DNA of 64,000 bases from the NCBI GenBank assembly GCA_965279035.1, contig OZ257142.1:1056001-1120000 (forward strand), written 5' to 3'. The notes under the pieces were generated by a model that did not search any database, was not told the DNA's origin, and was given only the letters and a program-made list of their open reading frames with translations. This DNA is from Bacteroidia bacterium. GTDB taxonomy: Bacteria; Bacteroidota; Bacteroidia; M30B66. Within the stretch, counting starts at the first letter, position 1. Each line of letters opens with the position of its first letter. The position numbers and the translations under genes were made by a program. Shown one piece after another: positions 36,229 to 46,374 of the stretch.

Positions 36229-37860
36229 ATGATCAAAGGTTTTTTTCATCTCCCAAAAGCTGTAAATGAACCGGTAAAGAGCTATGCTCCCGGCAGCGCA
36301 GAAAAAACAGAACTGAAAGCCATGTTGCAACATCTGCAGTCGGTGCAGCTCGATATCCCCATGGAAATTGGTGGTCGTTCTGTATTCACCGATCAGAAAA
36401 TTGAGTTGCGCCAACCACATAAACGCAAACATGTACTTGGAACTTTTTCGCGAGGAACCGAGCAGCATGTAAAAGATGCAATTGATGCGGCATTAGCTGC
36501 CAAAGCCAATTGGGAAAAAATGAGCTGGGAAAACCGTGCTGCCATTTTCCTCAAAGCGGCCGATTTAATTGCTGGTCCTTATCGTGCTCGTTTGAATGCA
36601 GCTACTATGTTGGGGCAATCGAAAAGTGCTTATCAAGCAGAGATCGATTCGGCTTGCGAAATCATCGACTTCTTGCGCTTTAACGTGCAGTACATGAGTC
36701 AGATTTATTCGCAACAACCCGAATCTTCTGCAGGAATTTGGAACCGTTTGGAGCAACGTCCGCTGGAAGGATTTGTCTTTGCGTTAACGCCATTTAACTT
36801 CACTGCTATTGCAGGAAATCTTCCAACTTCTGCAGCCATGATGGGCAATGTAGTGGTTTGGAAACCTGCCGATACGCAAATTTATGCTGCGCATGTGTTG
36901 ATGGAAATTTTCAAAGAAGCAGGTGTGCCAGCTGGGGTAATCAACCTCGTTTTTGTAAGCGGACCAACGGCTGGAAATGTGATTTTCTCGCATCCTGATT
37001 TTGCGGGTATTCACTTCACTGGATCAACAGGCGTTTTCCAAAACATCTGGAAAACCATTGGAGATAATATTCACAAGTACAAAACCTATCCACGCATTGT
37101 TGGCGAAACAGGCGGGAAAGATTTTATCATGGTGCATTCTTCGGCACAACCTGCTGTGGTAGCTACTGCCATTGCACGTGGTGCCTTCGAATACCAAGGA
37201 CAAAAATGTTCTGCTGCTTCTCGCTGCTATGTTCCTGATAATATTTGGCCAGCTGTAAAAGAGCAATTGGTTCGCGATATGGCGAGCTTCAAAATGGGGC
37301 CAGTAGACGATTTTAGCAATTTCATCAATGCCGTAATCGATGAGAAATCCTTCGATAAGTTGGCTGCATACATCGATGCTGCGAAGAACGATCCGAATGT
37401 CGAAATCGTTGCCGGTGGAATCTACGATAAGAGCGAAGGCTACTTCATTGCACCAACTGTAATCTTGGCTAAAGATCCGAAGTACACGACCATGTGCGAG
37501 GAATTGTTTGGACCAGTGGTTACTATATATGTATACGAAGCCGCTAAGTTTTCCGAAACCTTAAAGCTTGTTGACGAAACTTCAATTTACGCTTTGACGG
37601 GTTCTATCATCAGTCAGGATCGTTATGCTGTGGACGAAGCTACGTATGCACTTCGCAATGCTGCGGGTAATTTCTACATCAACGATAAGCCAACAGGAGC
37701 AGTCGTAGGCCAGCAGCCATTTGGTGGCGCGCGCGGTTCCGGTACAAACGATAAAGCCGGCTCGATGATTAATTTATTACGTTGGGTTTCACCACGTACG
37801 ATCAAAGAGACCTTCGTTCCGCCAACCGATTATCGCTATCCATTCTTAAAGGAAAGCTAA
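36229..37860 (+). CDS. pruA: L-glutamate gamma-semialdehyde (P5C) dehydrogenase
   Basis: PFNFTAI, FTGSTGVF, GETGGKD, YQGQKCSA, PFGGARGSGTNDKAG; -7 TACCTTTG at 36204. Confidence 0.96.
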   Translation: MIKGFFHLPKAVNEPVKSYAPGSAEKTELKAMLQHLQSVQLDIPMEIGGRSVFTDQKIELRQPHKRKHVLGTFSRGTEQHVKDAIDAALAAKANWEKMSWENRAAIFLKAADLIAGPYRARLNAATMLGQSKSAYQAEIDSACEIIDFLRFNVQYMSQIYSQQPESSAGIWNRLEQRPLEGFVFALTPFNFTAIAGNLPTSAAMMGNVVVWKPADTQIYAAHVLMEIFKEAGVPAGVINLVFVSGPTAGNVIFSHPDFAGIHFTGSTGVFQNIWKTIGDNIHKYKTYPRIVGETGGKDFIMVHSSAQPAVVATAIARGAFEYQGQKCSAASRCYVPDNIWPAVKEQLVRDMASFKMGPVDDFSNFINAVIDEKSFDKLAAYIDAAKNDPNVEIVAGGIYDKSEGYFIAPTVILAKDPKYTTMCEELFGPVVTIYVYEAAKFSETLKLVDETSIYALTGSIISQDRYAVDEATYALRNAAGNFYINDKPTGAVVGQQPFGGARGSGTNDKAGSMINLLRWVSPRTIKETFVPPTDYRYPFLKES

Positions 37861-37875
37861 GCAAGTACAAATTTT

Positions 37876-37911
37876 AAACGCCCTATCTGATAATTTAGAT
37901 GGGGCGTTTTT
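37876..37911 (+). terminator. Intrinsic terminator after pruA
   Basis: AAACGCCCTATCTGA/TTAGATGGGGCGTTT followed by T-run. Confidence 0.85.
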
Positions 37912-37919
37912 GTTTTTGG

Positions 37920-37994
37920 GCAGCAAAATCGGGCTATACGTTCCAATCTTTTGCTCGAAACTCACAAAAGGATTTCCACTGCTATCCCGGCTGC
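37920..37994 (+). ncRNA. Flavo-1-like structured element, copy 1
   Basis: GCAGC..CGGGCTATACGT-[AATCTTTTG/CAAAAGGATT stem]-ACTGCTATCCCG-GCTGC; same architecture as 61326-61430; family name recalled, not searched. Confidence 0.5.
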
Positions 37995-38201
37995 TTCTGC
38001 TAAAATTCAAATGTTCATCAATTATTCAATCGATACATAAAACATCATAAAAAGTGTTTCAATTGCAACCATTTTCCCATGTAAGAAATTAAATGAACTG
38101 AAAATCAGGTCGGTATGAGTTTGTAATAATGCACATGAATCGGTTCTGAGAATGATGTAGAAAGAGACGTGTTTTGTCGGCTTCAACCAACCATCCAAAA
38201 C

Positions 38202-41021
38202 ATGAAGCAGTTTCTTCTTTTCATTATTGCACTTTTATACATCGGATTTGACGCATCCGCTTCTGACGAAAATGCAAGCCAGCTCTACAAAAACGTACAG
38301 CAAAACTTCAAACAAACAGCACCCATTTCCTTTTCCTTGTTCAAGCAATCGTCGCTAGTTTATCAAGCAGGTTCGGTGAGCGGCATCGAAAAAGCGGTTT
38401 TCTTGAATATCGATCCATCCCAAAATCAACAACTCTTCAACTCAAAACCCGAAACCATTCGTTTGAGTATTCCATCACCCGAAAACTCCGAAATCTGGAT
38501 TCTTGAATTGTATCGTTCTCAGATTCTAACCAACGATTTTCAAGTAAAAACATCCGACGGTAAATCCTACAATGCGCCGGATGCGGTGTATTATCAGGGC
38601 ATTTTCAATAACGACCCACATTCCATGGCTGTTGTTTCGATTTTCGAAAATCAGGTTGTTGGAATGTTATCTAATGAACACGGAAACTACGATCTCGGTC
38701 TATACGGTCAAAATCAAACAAACGAGTATGTTTTTTACCGAAGCAACGAATTGAGTAGAAAACTACCGTTCGATTGTCATACTTCCGATGCCAATCAACC
38801 GGTTTCCACAGCAGCTGTTGCAAGCGATTGTCGCATTGTTCGTGTTTACATCGAGTGCGATTATGATTTATACACCAAACGAACATCAAGTATTCCTAAC
38901 GTAACCACCTTTGTTACTGGATTTTTTAATCAAGTTGCTGCTATTTACACCAACGAAAGCATCACCGTTCAAATTTCCGAAATCTACGTTTGGACGAGTA
39001 CCGATCCTTTTATCAGTCAAGCAACATCAAGCGGCGTCTTATCTGCATTTCGAACCACACGCACCAGTTTCAATGGAAATATTGCTCATTTAATTTCTAC
39101 ACGATCAACCAATTTAGGTGGAGTAGCTTATCTCGATGTTTTATGCGGAACTTCATACAAACATGCGTTTAGCAATATTTACAATTCATACGGAAGTTTC
39201 CCAACCTATTCTTGGACTGTAAACTGTTTTGCTCATGAAATGGGGCATAACTTCGGATCAAACCATACTCAATGGTGCGGTTGGACTGGCGGCGCACTCG
39301 ACAATTGCTACACAACCGAAGGCGGATGTGCTGCAGGCCCAGCGCCCGTAAATGGTGGAACCATCATGAGTTATTGTCACATTACAAGTTATGGTGTGAA
39401 TCTAGCCAATGGTTTTGGCACTCAACCTGGAAACGTTATCCTTACAAAATACTCATCAGCAACCTGTTTATCTGGAGGTGCCACTATCAGTATAAGTCCA
39501 GCAACAGCTACGATTTGCTCTGGTTCGTCAATTACATTAACTGCTTCCGGCGGATCGACGTATAGTTGGACTCCAACAACGGGCTTAAATGTATCTAATG
39601 CTGCTACGGTAAGTGCCAATCCATCAACAACAACAACCTATACAGCATCTTCAACTGTCAATAATTGCACGTCAACAGCAAGCCGAACTGTAACTGTTTT
39701 ACCTACAGTAAACCGTGGAACTCTAGCAAGTGGAGATCAAACATTTATTGGTTCGGGAGATCCAACGGCAATTTCATTTTCAACAGCAGCAACAGGAGGT
39801 TCAGGATCTTTTGCATATCAATGGTATTCCAAAGCAGGCATTCAAGCTGCACCAACCGGAACTTCAACAACTGGCTGGACTTTAATAAGTGGAGCAACTT
39901 CTTCAACCTATAATCCAGGTATACAAACTTCTTCTATCTCGTATGCTGTAACGGTTGATGCAACGGGAACTACCGATTGTGGTGGACTTGCTTGGGCTTC
40001 GGGTGTTCGTCAAATTACTGTGAATGTAGGAGTCTTTAATCCAGGAATTTTAGTCGATGCCGATCAAACATTTTGTAGTACAGGTGGAGATCCTGTTTCT
40101 ATTGGTTTTTCGGTTGCGCCAAGTGGAGCAAGTTCATATTCGTACCAATGGTATTATCAAAATGGAATCGTTACAGATCCAACAGGTAGCTCCACAACTG
40201 GCTGGACAATCATCAATGGAGCAACAGCTTCTTCATATGATCCAACTCCGGGATTAACGCAAAGCAGAACCTATGTGTGTCGTGTTACGCCTTCGCCTGG
40301 GACTGCAAGTTGGGCCAATGGATCACGACAAATTACTGTTCTTCCAGCATTCAACCCTGGAACTGTAACAAGTGCTGATCAGAGTTTTTGTACAAGTGGA
40401 AATCCAGCATCGATAACTTTATCTACAAATCCTGTTGGTTCTGGCGGTTACACATGGCGTTGGTATTTTAAAGAGAGCTCTGCAGCTGCTTGTCCAACTG
40501 GAAATTCAATCACAGGATGGTCAACCAATTCATCAAGTACCAATATCAGTGGAACTACATTAAGTGGAGCAGGAATTACGTTCGATCCAATTTCGGCTGG
40601 TACATTGAATAATGGAAGAACCTTCGCTGTTCTCATTACTCCAATTGCAAACGGAAATATTCCTGCTTGCGGAACTGCTGCTTGGGCAAACAATTGTCGC
40701 AAAACATTTGTAACGAGCTGTATTGGAACAATGCCAGGCGAAGAACAGATTGATGCAAAGCAACCCGAGCTTGGTCAAAGCTTTCCGAATCCAACCAATT
40801 CTAATTCAACCATTGTTTATTCCTTACCTGAATCTTTCTCAGGTGCTCACATCATATTCTATGATCAATTGGGAAGAATATTAGCAGATCAACTAGTACC
40901 AACAGGAATCGAAAATACGTTTGAATTCAAGGGTGAATTTTTTCCTTCAGGTACTTATTACTATAGTTTAGTTTATGCCGGAACGAAATTGGCAACTAAG
41001 AAATTAGTGTTAATTCACTAA
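38202..41021 (+). CDS. M12B/reprolysin-like zinc metalloprotease with repeated Ig-like domains and T9SS CTD
   Basis: HEMGHNFGSNH, Met-turn GTIMSYCH, three ~105-aa repeats, FPNPT...YDQLGR...GTYYY...KKLVL. Confidence 0.88.
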   Translation: MKQFLLFIIALLYIGFDASASDENASQLYKNVQQNFKQTAPISFSLFKQSSLVYQAGSVSGIEKAVFLNIDPSQNQQLFNSKPETIRLSIPSPENSEIWILELYRSQILTNDFQVKTSDGKSYNAPDAVYYQGIFNNDPHSMAVVSIFENQVVGMLSNEHGNYDLGLYGQNQTNEYVFYRSNELSRKLPFDCHTSDANQPVSTAAVASDCRIVRVYIECDYDLYTKRTSSIPNVTTFVTGFFNQVAAIYTNESITVQISEIYVWTSTDPFISQATSSGVLSAFRTTRTSFNGNIAHLISTRSTNLGGVAYLDVLCGTSYKHAFSNIYNSYGSFPTYSWTVNCFAHEMGHNFGSNHTQWCGWTGGALDNCYTTEGGCAAGPAPVNGGTIMSYCHITSYGVNLANGFGTQPGNVILTKYSSATCLSGGATISISPATATICSGSSITLTASGGSTYSWTPTTGLNVSNAATVSANPSTTTTYTASSTVNNCTSTASRTVTVLPTVNRGTLASGDQTFIGSGDPTAISFSTAATGGSGSFAYQWYSKAGIQAAPTGTSTTGWTLISGATSSTYNPGIQTSSISYAVTVDATGTTDCGGLAWASGVRQITVNVGVFNPGILVDADQTFCSTGGDPVSIGFSVAPSGASSYSYQWYYQNGIVTDPTGSSTTGWTIINGATASSYDPTPGLTQSRTYVCRVTPSPGTASWANGSRQITVLPAFNPGTVTSADQSFCTSGNPASITLSTNPVGSGGYTWRWYFKESSAAACPTGNSITGWSTNSSSTNISGTTLSGAGITFDPISAGTLNNGRTFAVLITPIANGNIPACGTAAWANNCRKTFVTSCIGTMPGEEQIDAKQPELGQSFPNPTNSNSTIVYSLPESFSGAHIIFYDQLGRILADQLVPTGIENTFEFKGEFFPSGTYYYSLVYAGTKLATKKLVLIH

Positions 41022-41049
41022 AAGTTGAGGCAGGTTTTAGGTTAAAAAG

Positions 41050-41093
41050 AAATCCCGACCAGTTTTGCATTAAGCTTTACTGATCGGGATTTT
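41050..41093. terminator. Hairpin terminator between convergent genes
   Basis: AAATCCCGACCAGT / ACTGATCGGGATTTT. Confidence 0.75.
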
Positions 41094-41109
41094 AAGTTAA
41101 GTAATCGAT

Positions 41110-43182
41110 TTAGTTTTCGTTTGGTAGGAATGAATAACGTTTACCGTAATCCAACATTTGTCCGGAGAATGATGCAGGGTATTCCACTTTCACATCCACA
41201 AATTTTCCTCCTTCAATAACAGGAACCAAGCGTGGTTGAATAAATCCTTTGTATGGAGCTGAAGAAAGTTCTGCAAAACGATCTTTCACTTCTTTGTGAA
41301 TAATAGGATCTACTTTCACCCCATAATACTCTACTAAATTCTGTCCAGCTACAAAGTCGCCTTGCGATTTTATACGTTGAATTTCGCGAAGCAAATCGCC
41401 AAACAGTGCACGTAGCTTTACGTAGTCGTTAATTTTAACATAGGTTTTTCCATCGCGTTTAATTAGTTCAACTACATTATCCGCTTTTCCTTTTTCATAC
41501 ACCCATTTAGCCACCAATTGACGATTTCGCATGTGGGCTTCTTCGATGCTTTTTCCAAGCTCAATGCGATTTAGTTGTAGCATCAAACCATTCAATAGAT
41601 AACTATCGTATTCGGCTTTTCCACAGTCGGTGCTCGGCATCACGCCAATTTCAACCAGTTTAGGATCGGTGATATAATAAAGCGCAACCAAATCGGCACG
41701 AGCTTCTTCCAAGGCATTTTGGTAGTTCTTCAAGGTAATGTCGGGAGTTGCAACGCCATCTTCCAATTGACCACTTGCATGACCAATCACTTCGTGCATA
41801 TCGGTATGAAGTTCAGAAGCTAAGTTTCCGTATTGACGAGCACGCGCTTTTGTTTCTTCATTTAAGCTAAACTCATCGGTAACAGGGCTTTTTGCAGAAG
41901 AAATGTTATACGCATTAACAATGTTACCAAGTGCTACAGACTTAGAACCATAATCATGACGAATCCAATCACTGTTTGGAAGATTAATTCCAATGGGAGT
42001 AGAAGGAGCAGAATCGCCACTTTCCACAATAGCAACAATTGATTTTCCGATGATGCCTTTTACTTCCTTTTTCTTATGATTGGGTTGAAGTGGTGAATTG
42101 TCTTCGAACCATTGTGCATTGTTAGCGATTGTTTCAATTTTCTTGGTGGCTTCAAAATCTTTCAAAGAAACCACTGCTTCGAAACTTCCACGTTTTCCCA
42201 ATGCATCTTGATAAACTTCAATAAAGCCATTCACATTGTCGATGGTCGAATTCACATCACTCACCCAAGCAATGTTATATTCGTTGAATTTCTTTAAATC
42301 GCCCGTTTTGTAAAACTCAACTAGCAATTCGAGCGATTTTTTTTGCTCTGGAGTTTCTGCAACGGTGCTTGCCATTTGAAGCCAATAAACAATCTTCTCA
42401 ATAGCGGCAGTGTACATTCCACCTACTTTCCATGGAATTTCTACAATCTTTCCATCCACTTTCATCAACTTCGAATTCAAGCCATACTCTACTGGAGTTT
42501 TGTCGTCAGGATTGTTTTTCGCTGCATAAAAATCTTCCACTTCTTTTTGAGTAACACCTTCGTAGAAGTTATTGGCAGAACCTGTGATATTGTCGATTCC
42601 GGAAGCTAAATTGACTGTTTTCGAATCCACTTTCGCATCGAACATAACCGGTTGAAGAAAAGCAAGAAATTGATCAACCGTTTGACCTTGCGCTAAAGGA
42701 AGTTGTTTCGGATCGGATGCTTTTACCCAAGTTGAAAAACTTTCAAAAGAAAAAGCAGGAAGTATTTTATCACTTGCATAATGGTGGTGAATACCGTTGG
42801 AGAACCATACTTGTTTAGAATATTCTTCGAACTTTAAATATTCCGTAGTGCTTTTAGGACCTTTATAAGTGTTCCAAATAGCTTCAATGGTGCGACGAAC
42901 TTTTAAGTTGTTTTTGTATTTCTGATCCCAGATAATGTCGCGTCCAGATAATGCAGCTTCGTATAGATAATAAGCAAGCTCTTTTTGTTTCACACTCAAA
43001 TTTTCAAATCCAGGAACCTGATATCGTAATACCAAAACATCCCCAAAGCGATCGGCTTCTACTTTAAATTCTTCAGGTTTAGAGTCGATACGGACTTTTG
43101 AGGGTTTGCCCGTTTGTGCTAGCAGCGATGTATTAATCGATGAGAAGGCAAATGCTGCTAAAAGCAACAGTAGTTTATTCAT
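41110..43182 (-). CDS. Dipeptidyl-peptidase III (M49) with signal peptide
   Basis: PIGINLPN, HEVIGH, EEARAD, EEAHMRNR. Confidence 0.92.
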   Translation of the reverse strand: MNKLLLLLAAFAFSSINTSLLAQTGKPSKVRIDSKPEEFKVEADRFGDVLVLRYQVPGFENLSVKQKELAYYLYEAALSGRDIIWDQKYKNNLKVRRTIEAIWNTYKGPKSTTEYLKFEEYSKQVWFSNGIHHHYASDKILPAFSFESFSTWVKASDPKQLPLAQGQTVDQFLAFLQPVMFDAKVDSKTVNLASGIDNITGSANNFYEGVTQKEVEDFYAAKNNPDDKTPVEYGLNSKLMKVDGKIVEIPWKVGGMYTAAIEKIVYWLQMASTVAETPEQKKSLELLVEFYKTGDLKKFNEYNIAWVSDVNSTIDNVNGFIEVYQDALGKRGSFEAVVSLKDFEATKKIETIANNAQWFEDNSPLQPNHKKKEVKGIIGKSIVAIVESGDSAPSTPIGINLPNSDWIRHDYGSKSVALGNIVNAYNISSAKSPVTDEFSLNEETKARARQYGNLASELHTDMHEVIGHASGQLEDGVATPDITLKNYQNALEEARADLVALYYITDPKLVEIGVMPSTDCGKAEYDSYLLNGLMLQLNRIELGKSIEEAHMRNRQLVAKWVYEKGKADNVVELIKRDGKTYVKINDYVKLRALFGDLLREIQRIKSQGDFVAGQNLVEYYGVKVDPIIHKEVKDRFAELSSAPYKGFIQPRLVPVIEGGKFVDVKVEYPASFSGQMLDYGKRYSFLPNEN

Positions 43183-43236
43183 AAGAATTGATTTTAGGAA
43201 AGAGCGACAAATTTAACCGAATCTCTCGATGAGCAA

Positions 43237-43605
43237 TTATTTTCGGAATGTGAACCAAACGGCAAATACTAAACAGATAAATGCAGCAATATGATTCCAT
43301 TCGAATTTCTCCGATCGGAAAACAAATACCGCCATAAGAGCAAACACGGTTAATGAAACTACTTCTTGGATTACTTTGAGTTGAATCAAGCTAAAAGGGC
43401 CACCATTGCTTTCATGTCCAATTCGGTTTGCTGGAACTTGAAACATATATTCGAACAAAGCCAATCCCCAACTCAAAAGAATAATTCCAAGTAATCCCCA
43501 TTTCATGATTGGGGAAGATTTTTTCATATACAAATGGCCATACCAAGCCAATGTCATAAAAACATTAGATAAGACGAGTAAGCCAATTGTAAAGAAACCT
43601 TTCAT
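43237..43605 (-). CDS. DMT-family small membrane protein (DUF486-like)
   Basis: SNVFMTLAWYGHL, EYMFQVPANRIG, QLKVIQEV. Confidence 0.88.
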   Translation of the reverse strand: MKGFFTIGLLVLSNVFMTLAWYGHLYMKKSSPIMKWGLLGIILLSWGLALFEYMFQVPANRIGHESNGGPFSLIQLKVIQEVVSLTVFALMAVFVFRSEKFEWNHIAAFICLVFAVWFTFRK

Positions 43606-45173
43606 TATCCCTTTTGTCTTCTGCGTGAAGGTTTCACAGGAGCTGGAGTTTCTTTCCAACTAAAAATATCCATCCGATTCATTGGGCGATGATCTCCTAG
43701 CCAACGAAATCCACGCAGCATAATTTCTTCTTTGGTGGGCTCATTCACTGGATATAAAATCGCATTGGGATCTTGAATAAAAGTGATGCTTTGCACTTTA
43801 TTACTATCAATAAAAATCATCATATCCGAACACAGCGCTTTGTTTACTCCGATGTATCCATCGCCATCTCCTTGTGCATAATAAACCGATTCACCATTTC
43901 CCTCTACTTTAATTCTATCTAATTCATTCTTGTTGAAATAACCTGTAATGTTCCTGCCTTTTATTTGGTTAAAATGGGCTGTATCTTCTTGAGAACCTAT
44001 AAATCCATTCGTTCTAAGAAACAAGGTTTCAAGCGAATTATTGGCTAATTGAATACGAACGGTATCGCCTGTTAATTGATTTTCTTCGTTCCAAAGAATA
44101 GGATTTCGAAAGAGCTTCATCAAACTATCGCTTTCAGAATAGGTAAGAGAATCACACTTTCCTTGAAAATCTTTTTTATAAAATTTCACTTTGTGATAGG
44201 CAAATAAAGTTCGCTTATCAATCACTGTATCTAAGATTGAAAGCAAAGTATCACCATGGAGAAATAGGGTGTCTTTCCCAAATTCTTTTTCCATGGCTGC
44301 ACTATCGGTCATCAAAATTCTTCCTGTAAATTCATTGTAATCAGCATAATGTCCGGTAAGAACAACCGCTTGTGCTGTATCACTTATTCGAACATGATTT
44401 CGTGCTCGTCCTTCGCCCGTTTTGCGGTTGTAGAAAAGTTTATCGCCTTTGATTTGCTGCTTTTTACTATCCAAACGAGCATTTTTTCCAAATTCCGATA
44501 TATCGGTTTTGGTATTGTAAAATCCATTTTCGCAATAAATCAAGTTTTCTTTAGAAGTGATTGTTGTAGGTCCGAAGAAGTAAGATGTTTTATTGACGGT
44601 TGAATATTGCAATGTATCACTCACCATCACATACTCCTTGTTGGTCAACTTCACATTCTTTCTAAAATAAAATGTCCTGTTCGCACTGTTATACATCCCG
44701 AACTGACTCACCAACTCATTCTTCTCACTGATGATTTTCCCACCAGTAGTATAGCGAGCTTGCTTACTGTTATTATCGAATTGCAATCGGCTTGTTGTTA
44801 ATACCGAAGAAGGATCAGTCATTCGAACATTTCCAACGATATCGGCAATTTTGGTTTTGCCATCGTAGGTTAAATTTTGTCCGGTAACTACGACGCTATC
44901 GCCTACAATACGAACATTTGAATACGCTTCTAGCCGATTCTCTTTATCGAAAAGATAGGCGCTGTCGCAATAAAGTAAGGTGCCATCGTGTTCGAAAATA
45001 ACATTCCCGACAAGTCGTTGCGCATCTACACGATCGTCGAACTCGAGGCTATTGGCGCTTTTAATGTTGATTTTCCGGCTCGTTTGCCCTGCTATAGTTC
45101 CAGTAAAAACTAGAAACAGCATGAGAAAAAAGAAATTCCTTCTACCCGAAAAACAATTCAAAAATCGAAACAT
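43605..45173 (-). CDS. OstA/LptA-like beta-jellyroll repeat protein
   Basis: GNVIFEHDG..LYCDSAY and repeated jellyroll units; -7 TACATTTG at 45183-45190 favours ATG 45173 or later. Confidence 0.85.
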   Translation of the reverse strand: MFRFLNCFSGRRNFFFLMLFLVFTGTIAGQTSRKINIKSANSLEFDDRVDAQRLVGNVIFEHDGTLLYCDSAYLFDKENRLEAYSNVRIVGDSVVVTGQNLTYDGKTKIADIVGNVRMTDPSSVLTTSRLQFDNNSKQARYTTGGKIISEKNELVSQFGMYNSANRTFYFRKNVKLTNKEYVMVSDTLQYSTVNKTSYFFGPTTITSKENLIYCENGFYNTKTDISEFGKNARLDSKKQQIKGDKLFYNRKTGEGRARNHVRISDTAQAVVLTGHYADYNEFTGRILMTDSAAMEKEFGKDTLFLHGDTLLSILDTVIDKRTLFAYHKVKFYKKDFQGKCDSLTYSESDSLMKLFRNPILWNEENQLTGDTVRIQLANNSLETLFLRTNGFIGSQEDTAHFNQIKGRNITGYFNKNELDRIKVEGNGESVYYAQGDGDGYIGVNKALCSDMMIFIDSNKVQSITFIQDPNAILYPVNEPTKEEIMLRGFRWLGDHRPMNRMDIFSWKETPAPVKPSRRRQKG

Positions 45174-45317
45174 ATTTCGCTGCAAATGTAAAGGATATTC
45201 AACGAACGGAAAGTCGATTTAGCGTATTGTAAAGCGATGATTCTCCTATTTAGTTTATCCGTTCAATTCGAAGTTTGAATCCCAAAAACAGTATGTTTGC
45301 TGCATAATTTCAAAATC

Positions 45318-46370
45318 ATGAGTTTCCCTGTCGAGCGCGTTTCTGAATCACGAATTTCCACTGTCGATTTTACACATCTGCCATTCGGTAAGATATTTTC
45401 AGACCACATGTTTATGGCCGAATACGATGGTAAAAACTGGGTGAATCCGAGAATCGTTCCATATGCTCCGATTTCGCTTAGTCCGGCATCTTCGGTTTTT
45501 CATTACGGACAAGCCATATTTGAAGGTTTGAAAGTGTTTCGCAGCGATAAGGATGAGCTATTATTTTTTCGTCCCGAAGAGAATTACAAGCGCATGCAGC
45601 AATCGGCAATTCGTTTATGCATGCCTCCAGTGCCTGAACATATTTTCATGGATGGACTTCGTCAGCTTGTTGCATTGGATGCTGATTGGGTTCCCAAAGG
45701 AGATGAAAATTCCCTTTACGTTCGTCCGGTTTTATTTGCAACAGAACCTGTGCTTGGAGTGAAACCATCTGAAACCTATTCATTTATCATACTCACTTCC
45801 CCAACAGGTGCATATTATACCGAAGATCTGAAAGTAGTGATTGAAAAAACCTATTCACGCGCAAGCCGCAGCGGGACTGGTTTTGCCAAAGCTGCAGGGA
45901 ATTATGCTGGTGCTTTGTATCCAACACAACTAGCTCAGCAAAAAGGCTACAATCAAGTAATCTGGACTGATGCGGCTACCAATACCAAAGTAGAAGAATC
46001 GGGCACCATGAATTTGATGTTTGTGATTAACGGAGTGTTGATTACTCCATCATTGAGCCCAAGTAAACTGGCAGGAATCACACGTGATAGTGTAATTGAA
46101 TTAGCTCGCCACTGGGGAATGCTGGTTCAGGAACGCGATGTTTCAGTGAGTGAAATTATTGGTGCTTTCCGCGCAGGAACTTTAGAAGAAGCGTTTGGAA
46201 CCGGAACTGCCGCTAATATTGCTCATATCTCGGTTATTGGCCACGAAGGAGAAGACTTTAAAGTTCCCGAATTGCATGCAGATTTATTTTCGGTAAAAGC
46301 ATTACGTTTCCTCAACGACCTCAAAGCAGGACGCACAGCTGATCCATTTAGCTGGATTACGAAATTGTAA
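45318..46370 (+). CDS. ilvE: Branched-chain amino acid aminotransferase
   Basis: FHYGQAIFEGLK, AKAAGNY, EESGTMN, LAGITR; -7 TATGTTTG at 45292. Confidence 0.95.
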   Translation: MSFPVERVSESRISTVDFTHLPFGKIFSDHMFMAEYDGKNWVNPRIVPYAPISLSPASSVFHYGQAIFEGLKVFRSDKDELLFFRPEENYKRMQQSAIRLCMPPVPEHIFMDGLRQLVALDADWVPKGDENSLYVRPVLFATEPVLGVKPSETYSFIILTSPTGAYYTEDLKVVIEKTYSRASRSGTGFAKAAGNYAGALYPTQLAQQKGYNQVIWTDAATNTKVEESGTMNLMFVINGVLITPSLSPSKLAGITRDSVIELARHWGMLVQERDVSVSEIIGAFRAGTLEEAFGTGTAANIAHISVIGHEGEDFKVPELHADLFSVKALRFLNDLKAGRTADPFSWITKL

Positions 46371-46374
46371 AGAA

